From positions 62,001 through 126,000 of the forward strand of contig JAAOMT010000648.1 in assembly GCA_016748015.1 (NCBI GenBank): a DNA stretch of 64,000 bases, read 5' to 3'. Within the stretch, counting starts at the first letter, position 1; each line of letters begins with the position of its first letter. Shown piece by piece: positions 13,131 through 26,385 of the stretch. Position numbers and translations under genes: made by a program. Below the pieces are notes generated by a model that worked only from the letters and a program-made list of their open reading frames with translations, was not told the DNA's origin and did no database searches. This stretch comes from Geosiphon pyriformis uo1. Lineage: Eukaryota > Fungi > Glomeromycota.

Positions 13131-14950
13131 TAGGAAAGATAAAGAGCAGGAACAGAATTGGCATTGTCCATTTTAGCCAAGAGGCTCATAACCATAATTG
13201 AAAGATTTCTTAATGTTTCCTCCATTTTCAAGATAATTGAAGAGTAAAAAACTGCCGTCCTCACAACAGTCCCACCACTAGTGTCCACACCTGAACTTTC
13301 ACTCATTACTATATTCACCTCTTGATTCTGTAATGAAGGGATTACCAATGGTTGACGTCCAGGGCTAAGCTGGGAAACCATTGGTCTAAGTGTATCCAAC
13401 CTCTTAGCCAGCTTATTCACGCACTCTGCGAGACTGGCGAGACTGCACTCAAGAGTGGCAAACCTATTATTCAACACCAAAGACATCTGTAGAGTAGGCT
13501 TCATCTCCGAAGAGAAGCCATTATTCAATGAAACATTTCAAACAGAAAAAGGAGGAAAGGAGGACCTACCAACAATCTTGGCCCATAAGACACCACCAAA
13601 CAAAACAGGATGAGCAACAGGTGCCGAACACTTAGCATAAATGGCTGCCAGCTTGCTTTTATCTACATCTGAAAAAACATGATGAAGCAAGCCACCAAAA
13701 AAAGATTTCTCACCTAAAACACAGCCCAGAGATGTATGACCCAGTTTCCCATACTTTGCACATATAGCAGAAACAAGATAAGACCAATGAAGATGAGTAC
13801 TCTTTAACACAAGTGTGGTTCCCATGACAGCATCCAATGATTCAGCTGACTCAAAACAAACAACTGCACATCTGGTCTGGACATATGTAATTAGATGGCA
13901 ATCAATCATGCATGTTTTTCCATCCACAGAACCAATGAAGTCTCATATGTCATGAGCATTTGTTCCTACTGGAAGAGTATAGAGCAGCACCCTATAATAA
14001 TTTCTCATATCCCATGTCAATTTGTCCAAATTTGATCTGATAATACACACTGCATCTTTCCCAATTAGAATAGACCACCTAATTGCCAAAAAATCTGCTT
14101 GATTTTGCTCTTCAAATTCAACAATTGCCTTCTGCCACAGCTCTACTAACTGCATCTTGATTGACTTAATTGTACCAAATTTAAATAGTGCAGTACACAC
14201 AGCCTCAGCTGATGTTCTAACTGGAATTTTCTTCAACACTACAGTTCAATCTGAGCAACCAGTTGATTTCTTGAGATCGGTGTTTACCAGGATCTTTGCA
14301 TCAGTAGCCAACTTGGTAGCTTTTATTAAACTTGATTCGGAAGTGAACATTGCTCAGATGATCCCAGAAAATTTTGAGGGGATAGAGGCCCTCCCAAAAC
14401 CATTAACTTTTGAAAACAACTTTTTAATCACCATCAGCTTTTTCTGAGAAGATTTCCCAGAGATTTTGTTCAGCCCAATATCCAAAGCAAAAAACTTGCG
14501 AATAGAAACATTGACCACATTTCTTAAGGGAAGAGGCAGATCTAGAGGAGCATCTGAGAGGACATTATTATTATTACCACTAACCAAGAAGTTAATTTTA
14601 CCAAGAGGCTTGTTCAATGCTTTCATCATTTTGACTTTAGAACCTGTAGACGTTTGATTAGGGTCTCCACCAGCAAGAGCTCCACCATCTCCAAAATCAA
14701 AACTGGTCTTCTCAACCAGACACTTCTTCTCCATGTCAATACTGTCAGACTCAGTAATATTGCCAGTCTCTGAACTCTATGAATAACTAATCTGAACTTT
14801 AGGATTAACTATACTACTATTTGAATCCTCTTCAAAAGCACCATCCTTCCTCTTTTTTCTTGGAAAAACAGACTTAAAGCTAGCATTAGAACCAGAAGCT
14901 TTGGCAGTTTTTTTCATAACAGCAATACTACTGCTAACAGTGGCCTCGTA
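13130..14950 (-). pseudogene. LINE-2 ORF1, disrupted
   Basis: Fragments homologous to LINE-4 ORF1, including the decayed knuckle CAKYGKLGHTSLGC; start approximate. Confidence 0.85.
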
Positions 14951-15549
14951 GTTGAGAATAAATGGTTTAGATTTATTGTACTGAATTGTGAAAATAAACT
15001 TCTTTTCAAAAAACTTTTGACTTTTTTTTGGGAATTTTGGACGAAAAAGAGAAAGAAGTTTTACTAATAATATTAAAATACTTTTTACAGACTTGAATAA
15101 AAACTTAAAAAAAAAGTAAATATATTTTATAATTTATAGCTAAATAATTTAAATTTTAATACTTATAATAATATTAATATTTATTGATTTTTTATCAAAT
15201 ATAGAATTTATACAAAATATTAGTTTTTAAAACAACAAGATTTTTAATTTCCAAAAACTTAAAAATTACAATAATAAAAATCAAAAAAATAAGAAATAAA
15301 ATATGTTTAATTATTAATTTAAAAAATTAAATTACTAATTTTAAAAACTATATAATTAAAAAAAATTAATCAAATTGATTTTAAAGATGTTTTTTAAAAA
15401 ATAATTTATTATTATTATTAAAAAAAAAAAAAAAACTTTTTTTCTTTTTTATGATTAAAAAAAAAAGTAAAAAAGCTTTAAATATTGCTTTTTTTATAGT
15501 AATTAATAAAGTTTTAACAAAAAAAAGTTTTATTATTATTAAAACAGCC

Positions 15550-18350
15550 AGACAAAATGTTTTAATAATGTTTTTTTTAAATATCAATAATAATAAGCTG
15601 TATTTGATGGCTTTTAAAACATTTTTTTCATTTTTGGCTAGTGGTTTTTTCTCAGTCAAGGTTTTTTTCAAAAGACATATTTGAGTTAATTTTAGTGTTA
15701 TTTCTATTTTCTTTAAGAATCTTAAAGTTTTTAACAACAAATTAATTAATAAATTGGTTTTTTTTGTTCTTATTATTAATACAATTATTATTATTTTACA
15801 AATAATCAAGAAAACAAAAAACAAAAAAACAACAGCAGTTACTTATGTCTACTATTGTTATATTAAACTTTTTTGTGATTTTAAATAAGATCTTAAATAA
15901 GATTTTTTTAGTAACAACCAGTTTTTTTTTTAATATAAATAACAACAACAATAACATATTTTCTAAAATAAGTTAAGATTAATTATTAGTTGTGTTATTA
16001 AATATAATGTTTTCTGATAAATTATTACTAGTCTTAAATACAAAACAATTTATTAAATTATCTAATTTTAAGAATTAAACTGATCAAATAGAAACTAAAT
16101 TAATCTCTGTTTTTTTGTTTTCTAATATTGTTTTTAGTAATGCTTAGAAAATAATTTCCAGTTATCAAAGATTTTTTGAATGAATAATCTCTATTCTGGT
16201 ATTTGGTATTATTTTTAAAATTAAATTAGTCTTGATTAATTTTTTGTTTTATTTGTTGTTTGGTTTTGTTAGACTTAAGTTAGTTTTTAAAAATAATATT
16301 AAATTGTTTTGTGTAAATTTTGCTTCTAAAGCTTTTTTAATTATTGTTATTAATATTGTTATTAGTAAATTTTTTTTAACTATATTTAAAATTGCAAAAT
16401 TTTTTGTAATGGTTTTTGGCTCTTTTTTTTTTATTGCACTTTGTAATATTTTTTTTAATATATTTTTTAATAACATTAAAAATACTTTTGGTATTTTTGG
16501 TGCTATTATTTCTGTTAAATTAAAGTTTGTTAATTTGTAGCAATATTATTGTTAATTTTAAGAATTTTTTTTTTGTTGCTATTGCTTTTAATAGTAAAAA
16601 AAACAGTGTTTAAATTTTTTTTAATCAAAGAGATTATTACTTTTAAAACCTTATTTAAGATTAAATTGGTTAATTTTTTTTTGGTTATACTGTTTTTAAA
16701 ATTAATATAATGATTTTTTAAATTGGTGATTATACCTATTTTATTTTTTGTTTTTCTGATTTTTATTATTATTAATGCTTTATTATTATTACTTTTGAGT
16801 CTTGTAAAATACTGGAGCTTGTTATAATAAAAATTAATACTTTATGCTATTATTAATAAAAATATAAAACATGATTTAACATAAAATTATTCTTATAATT
16901 CTTATTATTAATTAATATATATTTTTATTTTAATTTATCACTTATTATTTTATCAAATTGTCCAAATTATTATTTAATTAATAATCTAATTTATACAATA
17001 TACAAATTGTAATAATTAGATTACACAATATCTTAAACTATATAATATTCAAGAATTTGTAGAAATTTGTAAAAATTTGCTGAAATAATTAATAGTTTAC
17101 TAAAATACCAAATAATTTATAGAAATAACTTGTAGTTTGCCAAAATATATCTTTAGTTTAATGAAATAATAGCAAAGAGAAAAGTGCAAATTCATAGACT
17201 AGTATTACAACAAGTTGTATAAAAAAAGCTTTTTTTTTTGAAAAAATATATCTTAGTTAAAATTATTTTTATTAAAAATATCTTTTTTAATATCTATACA
17301 AATTACTTTAATAAAATCATAGTAAAAACAACAAAAATTTATAAAGTATTTTATTTAAAATTTTTCGAATTTTAATTAACATTTTGAAATTAATTAGCTA
17401 CTAATTTCAATAATCTGTTAGTAATTCCAGATCTGAACAGAAAACAATTTTTTTAACAAAATTTTTTTTCTTTTACATTTTTTTTCTTATTATAAATTAT
17501 TATGATAGTTTACAGACAAAATTCTTGTAAAAAAGTTAACTTTTATAGCAAAATAATTACATATTTTAATAAGCTTCCAGATAAGCATTTTTTGGAAAAG
17601 AGTTAACTTTTATTACAAAGTAACTATACTAATAACTAATACTAAATTGGTTATTTTACTTATAAGCTTAGCAGTTTAAATAATAAAAGAGAATTTGAAG
17701 ATAAATTTAGTTATTAAAGATTTAACTATTTTTAGTAATTATAAATTAACAAAAAAACAACATTAATAACATACAAAAAAAAATACTAAAAATCTCCAAT
17801 AACAGTACAAATATTGTATTTGATAGAAAACTTTTGAGTGCTGCTATTATTATAAATGTTAAAGTTTGGACTATTTGTTTATTAAATACAAAATATTTCT
17901 TTTTTTTAAGTTGTTTCTTAAGTTTATTCTTGGTTTTAAGTTTTTTAAGTTTTTTTTTGTTAATAAAAAGTCTTATGCTAAGACTTTTGTTTTTTGACTT
18001 TTTTTTACTGTTTTTTTAGTTATCTTTGTTGTTAATTCTGTTGTTAAGTCTAAATTGAATTTTTTAAAAACTTAAATCTTAAATTTGGCTGTTTTAGTAA
18101 AATTTTTTGTTAAGTTTATTGGTTTTTTGGTTATTTTAATTATTAATTTTCTAAATAAACATATTAACAAGCCTTTTTAGATAAAAAAATAATCTGTTTA
18201 CTGTAAAATATGTTGCTAATAATTTTTTTAATTTTCTAGTTAATGTTTTTAAAAATATTGTATGTTTTAAATCTAAAATAAATTTTAATAAAATAGATTA
18301 TAATACAATATTGATTACAAAGTCTTTTTTTTTAAGTAAAAATAATTTTA
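15550..18350 (-). mobile_element. Very old Gypsy relic (gag, protease, Cys-rich region) related to A/B
   Basis: Residual colinear similarity: CLAx codons near 15545-15555, protease-region aagaattaaactgat near 16070, YIAxLTxF-like codons near 16520-16550, and gag N-terminal region near 18190-18330. Boundaries uncertain. Confidence 0.5.
16848..17804. mobile_element. Eroded solo LTR of family D, inverted relative to 53470-54452
   Basis: Reverse complement aligns with 53470-54452 (gaaataacttgtagtttgccaaaatatatctttagt; caagttgtataaaa; end aaaatctccaataaca). Flanks are ATGC and GTAC. Confidence 0.8.
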
Positions 18351-18512
18351 AGTATATTATTGTTTTGTAATACATATTAGATGCTAAAATTAGAAATAAT
18401 ATTAAGACAACTAGATTATTTTTTAGTAAGTTTATTTTTAATTTTAAAAATTTAAATAATATTATTAAGAGAATTTATAAACTGGATTTATTTTTAGCTT
18501 TTTTTGTTTTAA

Positions 18513-18649
18513 TATAGTGTTGTTTTAACTAGTTTAAGTGACTGGTTACATATAAAAAATTTATAATTTATACTTAATTTAGATTATTTAGTTTAATGTA
18601 TTATGTTAAAATATATTTAGATTTTATTTATTAAATATAATAAAAAAAA
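18513..18649 (+). mobile_element. 5'-truncated LINE stub: 3' UTR and poly(A) only, strongly AT-converted
   Basis: atagtgttgttttaactagtttaagtgactggttacatata... aligns to LINE-4 3' UTR gtagtgttgttctgactggctcgagtggctggtcacgtgtg..., differing mostly by C>T/G>A; ends in an A-tail. Confidence 0.75.
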
Positions 18650-20360
18650 TATAATAAAATAAATTCTAATATTATTTTTTTTATCAATATAAATTAATAA
18701 CAACAAAAAAAATTTTTTAAAATAATTAATAATATATTATTACCAATTAGTAAACTTTAACTTAACAAAAAAAATTACCAAAAACATTTAGTATATTTTT
18801 AATAATATTAAAAAATATATTTATATAAATTAATTTTATTTCTATTCTTTTATAAAAAGCAACAATAAAAAAAAAGAAACAAAAATTATTATAAAAGCTT
18901 TATAATCTTAAAAGTAATTAAAAAATAAAATTACTAATAATATTTTTGGTAATAGTATCTAAAAAAATCTGAAACCAAATTTTATACAATTAAAAAATAA
19001 TATTATGTTTAAAAATTTTATTTATTGAGTTTTTTGTATAATAAACAGAAATTTAATTATAATAACAAATAATACTTAATGTTTTTAATACAATAACTAG
19101 TTTATTTTAATGTTTTTATTTTTTTAGTAAATACTATAATCAATTAATTTTATGTTTATTTTTGTATCTTTTATTAGACAATTTTTAATATTGTAATTTT
19201 AATACTTTTAATTAATTAATTAATAAACAAAAAACAAACAATAAAATTATTATTATTATTATTAATTTTGTATTAATGCTATTAAGATCAATTTAAAAGT
19301 AAGTAAATTTTAATAAAATAATTATAGATTTATAAAAGTTAAATATTAGATAATTTAAATAATAATTTTATTAAATAAGTATTTATTTTAAATATTAAAT
19401 TTCTAACTATTAAAATTATTTAATAAAAATTATATTAAATTTGTTTGTTTTTGTTTATTATTATTATTATTATTATTATATATACATAAGTTTTTATAAT
19501 ATAAGATTCTTAATAATTCTTATATTTTTTTTCGAATTATTATTAAAACTTTTAATATTATATGTTTTAATAATTTATATTATATTATTGACTAATTATA
19601 TTATATTTTTATTGATTATTTTTTTTCTGTCTTATTTTATAAGTAATATTATCTTTTTTTTTAATATTAAACTTTTATAAAATCTGTTTAAGTACTTTTT
19701 TTATTATAGTATTGAAAATTTTTGTTTTTAGTTTTTTAAACTACAAATTAGTTATTTTTTTAGTTAATTTACTATTAATATTTTTATAGCTAAATATAAT
19801 AGTATTTTATTATATTCTTAAAACATTAAATATAACTAATATATAATATTTAAGTATATAATTAAGTTATTTTTTCCAATAAAGTATTCTATTTATTATA
19901 TTATTATTTTATTAAATACTTTTTTAAATAAATCCAAGTATTTAGCTATTGTCTTAAATAATAATAACAATATATTATAAAAATTGTTTTTTTCAACTTT
20001 TTTAATATTTTTTATTAATTTTTTAAATTAAATATTTGTTAATAGATTTTTGAAAATTTTTTTATTTTTTTAATAATTTTTTTATATAATTATTTAATTA
20101 TATCTTTAATTTACTATAAGAATTTTTTTTTAAGTATTTTTATAATAAACTTTCTGTTTATTAACTGTTATTTTTATGTCTAATTTTTTGTTTTTTAATA
20201 CTTGAAATAATTATTAAACAATTAAATAAATATTATTTGTAATTTTTATTTTGTTAATTGTTTTATTATATTCTAATTATTATTATCTAAATAAAAAAAC
20301 CAATTTAAAACTATTAAAAAAACATGATTACTATATAATAACATAAAAAAATATAATAAC

Positions 20361-20480
20361 ACAAAATAATACAGAATAATGCAAAATAATGTAAAATAAC
20401 TTAAAATAATACAAAATAATATACAATAATACAAAATAATACAAAATAATTGGTAATAATATAAAATAATTAATTATAAT
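20361..20480. repeat. 10-bp tandem repeat (ACAAAATAAT)n, about 12 degenerate units
   Basis: Directly visible 10-nt periodicity. Confidence 0.85.
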
Positions 20481-21699
20481 ATAAAAAAATAAAAAAATAA
20501 CTAAAATAATAAATAATAACTAATAATAATAAGCAATTAAAAACAATCTTATAAAACTAAAAAATATGTATAAAAACAAGTAATTTTAGTAAATATAAAA
20601 AAACAGAATACACAAGAATCTACTTAATATTTTTATTTTATTCTTAACTTTAGAAACATTTTTTTATTTTTTTATTTTTTATTTATTAAATAAAATACTA
20701 TTGTTTAAATTTACAAATCTATAGTTTTAATAATCTAATTTTTAAGATCTGATTAATTGTTTTTTATTTATTTCAGTTTTAGATTAAATACAATTAGCAT
20801 AAATACTTCAAAATCTTAATAATTTGAACTAATTGCTCTTGATTATAACAATTGACAGAATATTAATTTTTTATTTATTTATTTTTATTTATTTTTTTTG
20901 TGAAATAACAACATTGAAAATTGATTGTTTAAGAATAGATTTTATAATTGTTTGATAAAAAAAGAAAGCTTTTATTAAATTTAAATATTAATTTTATTTT
21001 GTTAACTTATTAAAAAGACAAAAAAACAATATTAAATTCTAGTAACTGTGTTTGACTAAAAAAAACACAATAATTACAACATAATTGAAAAAATAAAATT
21101 TCTGTATCTTATAACAAAAAAGCTTAATAAATAGAATTTTAGACAGAAAAACTTTTAAAAACTAATAATTAATATTATTACTATTATTAATTTATCCAAA
21201 ACTCAATATCAAATTATAAATGTCAAATATTATAAACATATTTCACTAAATTTATTTATAATATTGTATTTATATATATATTTAATTTTATAATATGCTG
21301 ATTTTAATAATAATAATTGGTTTTAAATCTTATAAAATTTTATTTGGTTTAATTAGTATTTTTTGTATTTTAATTATAATATATTAAATAATAATAATAA
21401 CTTAGTATAATATAGTTTTAGTTAAATTATTATGTATTACTTTGATCAAAATTTTAGTTTTTAATTATAATTTATATGTTTTATTATTAAGTATTTCTTT
21501 AATATAAAATAAACTGTTTTATTTTGAATTAAATTTTTTACTTTATTGTTTTTTTACTTTAGGATAATTTATTTTTTTAAATTTAATAAGCGAAGTTCAA
21601 ACACTGTCTAGTGATAATACATTAAAATAATAATCTATACTAAGTGTGAATCATGCTTTTTCTACACGTAACTAGTCACTCAAGCCAACCAGAACAACA

Positions 21700-24600
21700 C
21701 TATACACTCATGTACACAAAAACCAAATTATCTATACCTGAAAAAAACTGACAGGAACTATGCAACCTAAAACTAATACCAAATACATTGTCAATACCAA
21801 GCAATCTAATCACATGGGCCAAAAGTGTCAACATGTCACAAAACATTGAAACAGGGATTGAACCATCACAAAGAATCAGACTGTGTCTTTTCATAAAAGC
21901 ACAATGTTTGGAGCAGACCAGCCAAATATTATTTCTAAAAGACAGGCACAAACTATGAACAAACTCAACCACCTTATCAGATACAGTCTTAAAGTTATCA
22001 AAGCAGAAAGTGGCCTTTCAGTACCAATCCACAAGCATAAAATCTTTGTACAGCAAAGCAACCAGTTCCAAATCAGCCAAACAATTGGATAACATTTGTA
22101 ACACATAAGAGGAGACATGGAATAAACCAGAAACAGCTTTCCAAGCAGAAGCAAAATCAATGAACAATTGAAGCTGAGCAGTTGTATCAAATACACAAAA
22201 GAAAACATGGTCCGACACTTTGACATTACCACAATACAGACACACCACACTGGGGTAACATTTATTGTAGAGGCATTTGTGAACAGCAACAGGCAGTCTA
22301 TGGTGTAAAGCTTTCATAAAATAGGAATGAGAGCCAACAGAGTGGCGACTCATAAAGCCAGCAGCCATATGGGAGTCAAGATGCCAAACAAGAAACAATT
22401 TAAACCAATCAATATCTGTAAGCAGACAACTGTCCACAATTTTGGCACCAAAGCCTAGTTCCCAGCATGCATAATGGATAGACTGAAAAACATTATGAAC
22501 AAAGTGTCTAAAGTTTCCAGAAACAATACTGTTATTAGTCAAAACAAAACATTCCTTGAGCCAGAAAGAAAGAAGCCAGCCTGAATGAGAAGAGATACCA
22601 GCAAGCAAGTCAGCCCAATTATTACCCAAAACACCTGAGTGTCTTTTAACTTTATACCAGTCAACATTCAAATTTTTTTTACATATGATGCCAGCAATGT
22701 GTTGATGTTCAACCCAATATTTGTTCTAAAAATCCAGAGCTAACAACAATAATTTAGCTTTACATGCATCCAAAGCAGCTTGGCTGTCAGAGAATAAACA
22801 GACTGAACTCAAACTAGGCACACATTTAAGGGCCAATGCAATAGTCTGAAGCTCCACCAATGTAGAAGACACCATGCCAGTTACCTCCACTTCAAGACCT
22901 AAGTTAATGTCCTCAAAGAATGCAGCAGCACCAGCTTTCATATCAACACTCTCTAAGTTACAAAGAAAACCATCCATGTACACAGAAAGCCAGAGACACT
23001 AATGCCAGACAATCAATTATACACTGACCTAAACTTAAAAAATTCAAGAATGTTCTTTACAGCAGCATTATCCAGAGGAAAGGAGTAGACATCAAGAGAA
23101 CCAGAATCATGGAGATACCAAATGGTAGTAACAAACTAGACAGGAACAGAACCATGTGGGTCAAGTTTCTTTCACCACTTAAAAGTCTTCCAGTCAAAGA
23201 CAGTACTATTTCAGCACCAAAGCTGCTCAACAAAAGCAATTCCATAATGACAAAGAAAGAAAAGACACCTAAAATACATTGACTCACCAAGGATACCAGA
23301 TAAAAGAGTTCTACACCAGAAGCAAAAAGCATTACACATAAAATTGCCTAAAGATAAACCAGAACTGAGAAAGATCCAAATCATACCTGTCAAAAAGTTG
23401 TTCAAAAAATTAACACTAATGTGAACTGGAGAACACAAAGAATGCACAGGACACCAACTCAAGACCTGTAAATCATGTGACCTATTTGTGAACAATTGGC
23501 CCAAAATCCCAACAGAGTTAGTGAAGCATATCATAGCAGCAACCTTGTCTTTGACTTGGATCTGCTTAAAAGTCTTTAAGCCATAAAATAAGGAGTGGTG
23601 CAAAACATCATTAGAAAAGTTCAGGGGCAGACTTGATTTCAATTTCAGGCCCTTCTGAATCAAAACATTTTACTTTCAGCACACACTAGTAGAAACAAAG
23701 CTAAACTGGGTCCTGTAACCAACAATAGGATGAAAAACTACTAAAACCAAGTAAGAGAACTGTTTGTTCAAAATTGTTTTTTTCAGAATAAAATTGGCAA
23801 AAAACTGAACATCTGAATGTGCTTTAGCCAAGCTAAGCTTAGATAACCCATTGAAAGAAAGAAAAATACTCAGATATTAGTAAGATATCTTCTTTTTGGC
23901 AATAGAAATAAAAGTGCCACTGACAGATAAAAAAGAAGCCATCACTCTGCAATTAATCAAGATTGCTACAGTTTTGTCATTGTTGATTAAGATATTACAC
24001 ATCCTGAAAAATTCACTGGAAACATTAAGAATGTATTGTGTAGCCATCTGACTAGAACCAACCCATATAGTATTATTGACAAATGCACCTGCAGCAAGAA
24101 AAGAGGTCAAACTATTTTGGAAATCTATGCAACCAGTCTTGACAACATAATGCAAATTCAGTCTATAACCACATACTGCTTCTTGTCTTTTTACTTCACA
24201 CAGCAAAGTGTTGTAAAAAATACACCAAAGAAAAGATGAAAACACTTCTCTCTGATTCAAGCCATCATGAACACTATAACCATCAATCAACCCAAAATTA
24301 GTCATCATTCTGTTCATGTGGCCATTGTGAATGCTCCCAAAAAATCTTATGAATCTACTGCACATTTTGATCTTAACCAAACTTTTCCTTAAATGTTCTC
24401 AACCAACCAAGTTGTATGCTTTCCTTATGTCTTACAAAACTAACCAAAGTTCACAATTCTTTTTTAAAGCATTTTTTATTACTAAATCAATAGCAAAAAT
24501 AGGAGACTGTGTTGTTGTATCTTTAAGAACTAAGAAGTTGTCACCATGAAGAATGTCATACTTACTACACACCACAGAGATCCTATTAGAGAGGATCTTA

Positions 24601-26385
24601 GAAAAAATTTTACAGGCAGTTTCAATCAGTGCTATGGGTTAGGTGTTCGTAAAAACTCTCTTTCAGTTATAGGGTTTAGGAATCATAGACATCCAAGCTT
24701 TCTTCCAAGGACCCGAAACAGATTCACAAATCAAACAAGAGTTCAAAAACACCAAAAGCAAATCCAGAACAGACCTGTTACAATGTTTTTACAGCTCATT
24801 TGTAATACCAGAAAGGCCAGTAGCTTTATTATTAGGCAAACTCAAAACCACACTAAGAAATTCTTCCACCTCAATTGGGTGTATAACATTTGAAAAAGCA
24901 TCATCAAAAACATATTCCAAGGGTTAAAGTTGGCAATGCCATTCATCTGAAATGTCATTTACTATCACACACTTTCTGGTTCAGCCCTTCATAATTCTAT
25001 TGACATGAAATTTAACCAGACCAGGCTCCAAAATGAGGTCTTCATTCACAACCAAGTAATCCAATATGACTTTGCAAAATGACCACTCAAGTACACTTCT
25101 AATAATTTGGTCCTTGTTCAACTCAAAGTTTTCCATTCTTTTGTCAATTGTTAGCCTGATTTGAGAGTTTTTAGCATGTTTCAATTCCATTATTTTGAGA
25201 GAATAATAAAACTTTCTAATTTTTGCCAAAGCTAATCTGATAGCATCAAAATGAGATTCCAAAAAAAAAAGATTTGATAACAGAAGCATTAACAGAGTCC
25301 AAAGACACCCAAACATCCAACAAAAAAACAAACTCATTAGATGACACAGAGCACAAAGTCTTCACCAGCTTAGAAACCAAAAGTTCTAATCTATGATAGC
25401 GAGAAGAACACTTGGTAAAACCACTATCAAAATTTTTAGACCAGGTCTTTGAAAAAACTTCATTTGCTGAGAAACAAATGGCTTTGCAAACAACACTCCA
25501 CATGCTGTCCAGATCAGATAAATGATAAGAATCAGCAAATTCAATGGAAAACATGGCAAAATTATCACGAAATGCAATCTTATACCACTCCTATTTAACC
25601 CCATCAACATTTTTGACATTAAATTTTCACTTGTCTCTATTGGCTTGAACACAAATAGCCCTTAAGACAGGATCTAAGATTCCACCAAGACCAATTGTAA
25701 TTTGAACAGAACTATGATTAGTACTAAAGAACTCATCCACATCCATAACACACCCATTAACTAAAGCATTACTCAAACTTTGTAAAACAAAAATGTAATC
25801 AATGGTCTTTTCAACACCCCTGGAATTTTTCTAAGTAAAAGCCTTAATGTAAGAACTATTAACCAATGTATTGACTAGACCTAGATCTATACACTTACTA
25901 AAGCTAAAGCTACATTTGTTCTCATTCTTATTGAAATTACCACTCAAAATAACAAAAGTACTCTTATTACAAGCTCTGGCTATAAAAAAATTGATGAGAC
26001 CAGTCTGAATTGTATGCTTATTCAGAGAAGCCTCTACATATAAACCCAATACAAAAACAGATTGTTTGTTTTTGAATAGCAAACAAATCATCAAAAGTCT
26101 ACTTGGAATCTCAGAGATTTTAGAAACATGTTTGGCTAAATTTTCATTCATAATTAAAGCAATGCTCACACTTAAAAACCCAGCATTCAGACCAGAAGTA
26201 AACATCCTCACACCAGAAAACTTACTCGCAATCCAAGGCTTGATGCTGGAGCGAAGCTTAGTCTTAGTAACTATTGAAATGTCATTATTTGAAACCATGT
26301 GTCATCTAATAATATCATCTTGCTTGGCAGGAACATTCATACTTCTAACATTACAAGTAACAATTTTCCAAGCTAAACTATTCAT
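21700..26385 (-). pseudogene. LINE-3 ORF2 (APE-RT-RNase H-CCHC), disrupted
   Basis: SGNFN, AFVNN (decayed FVDD), YMDG...VELQ...DSQAA, KVKRHSG, CLYC-x7-H-x3-C. Confidence 0.92.

Larger units (their letters stand above)
8304..15062 (-). mobile_element. LINE-2: full-length non-LTR retrotransposon, degenerate
   Basis: Poly(T) at 8304-8313; conserved 3' UTR; 5' motif at 15062; degenerate TSD atattaaaattttatttacagact (8281-8304) vs atattaaaatactttttacagact (15070-15093). Confidence 0.95.

Noticed and set aside
15381-19680. F/L/I/K/N-rich ORFs resembling membrane or mitochondrial proteins
   Set aside because: Compositional artefacts of AT-eroded repeat DNA; parts align to a Gypsy relic.
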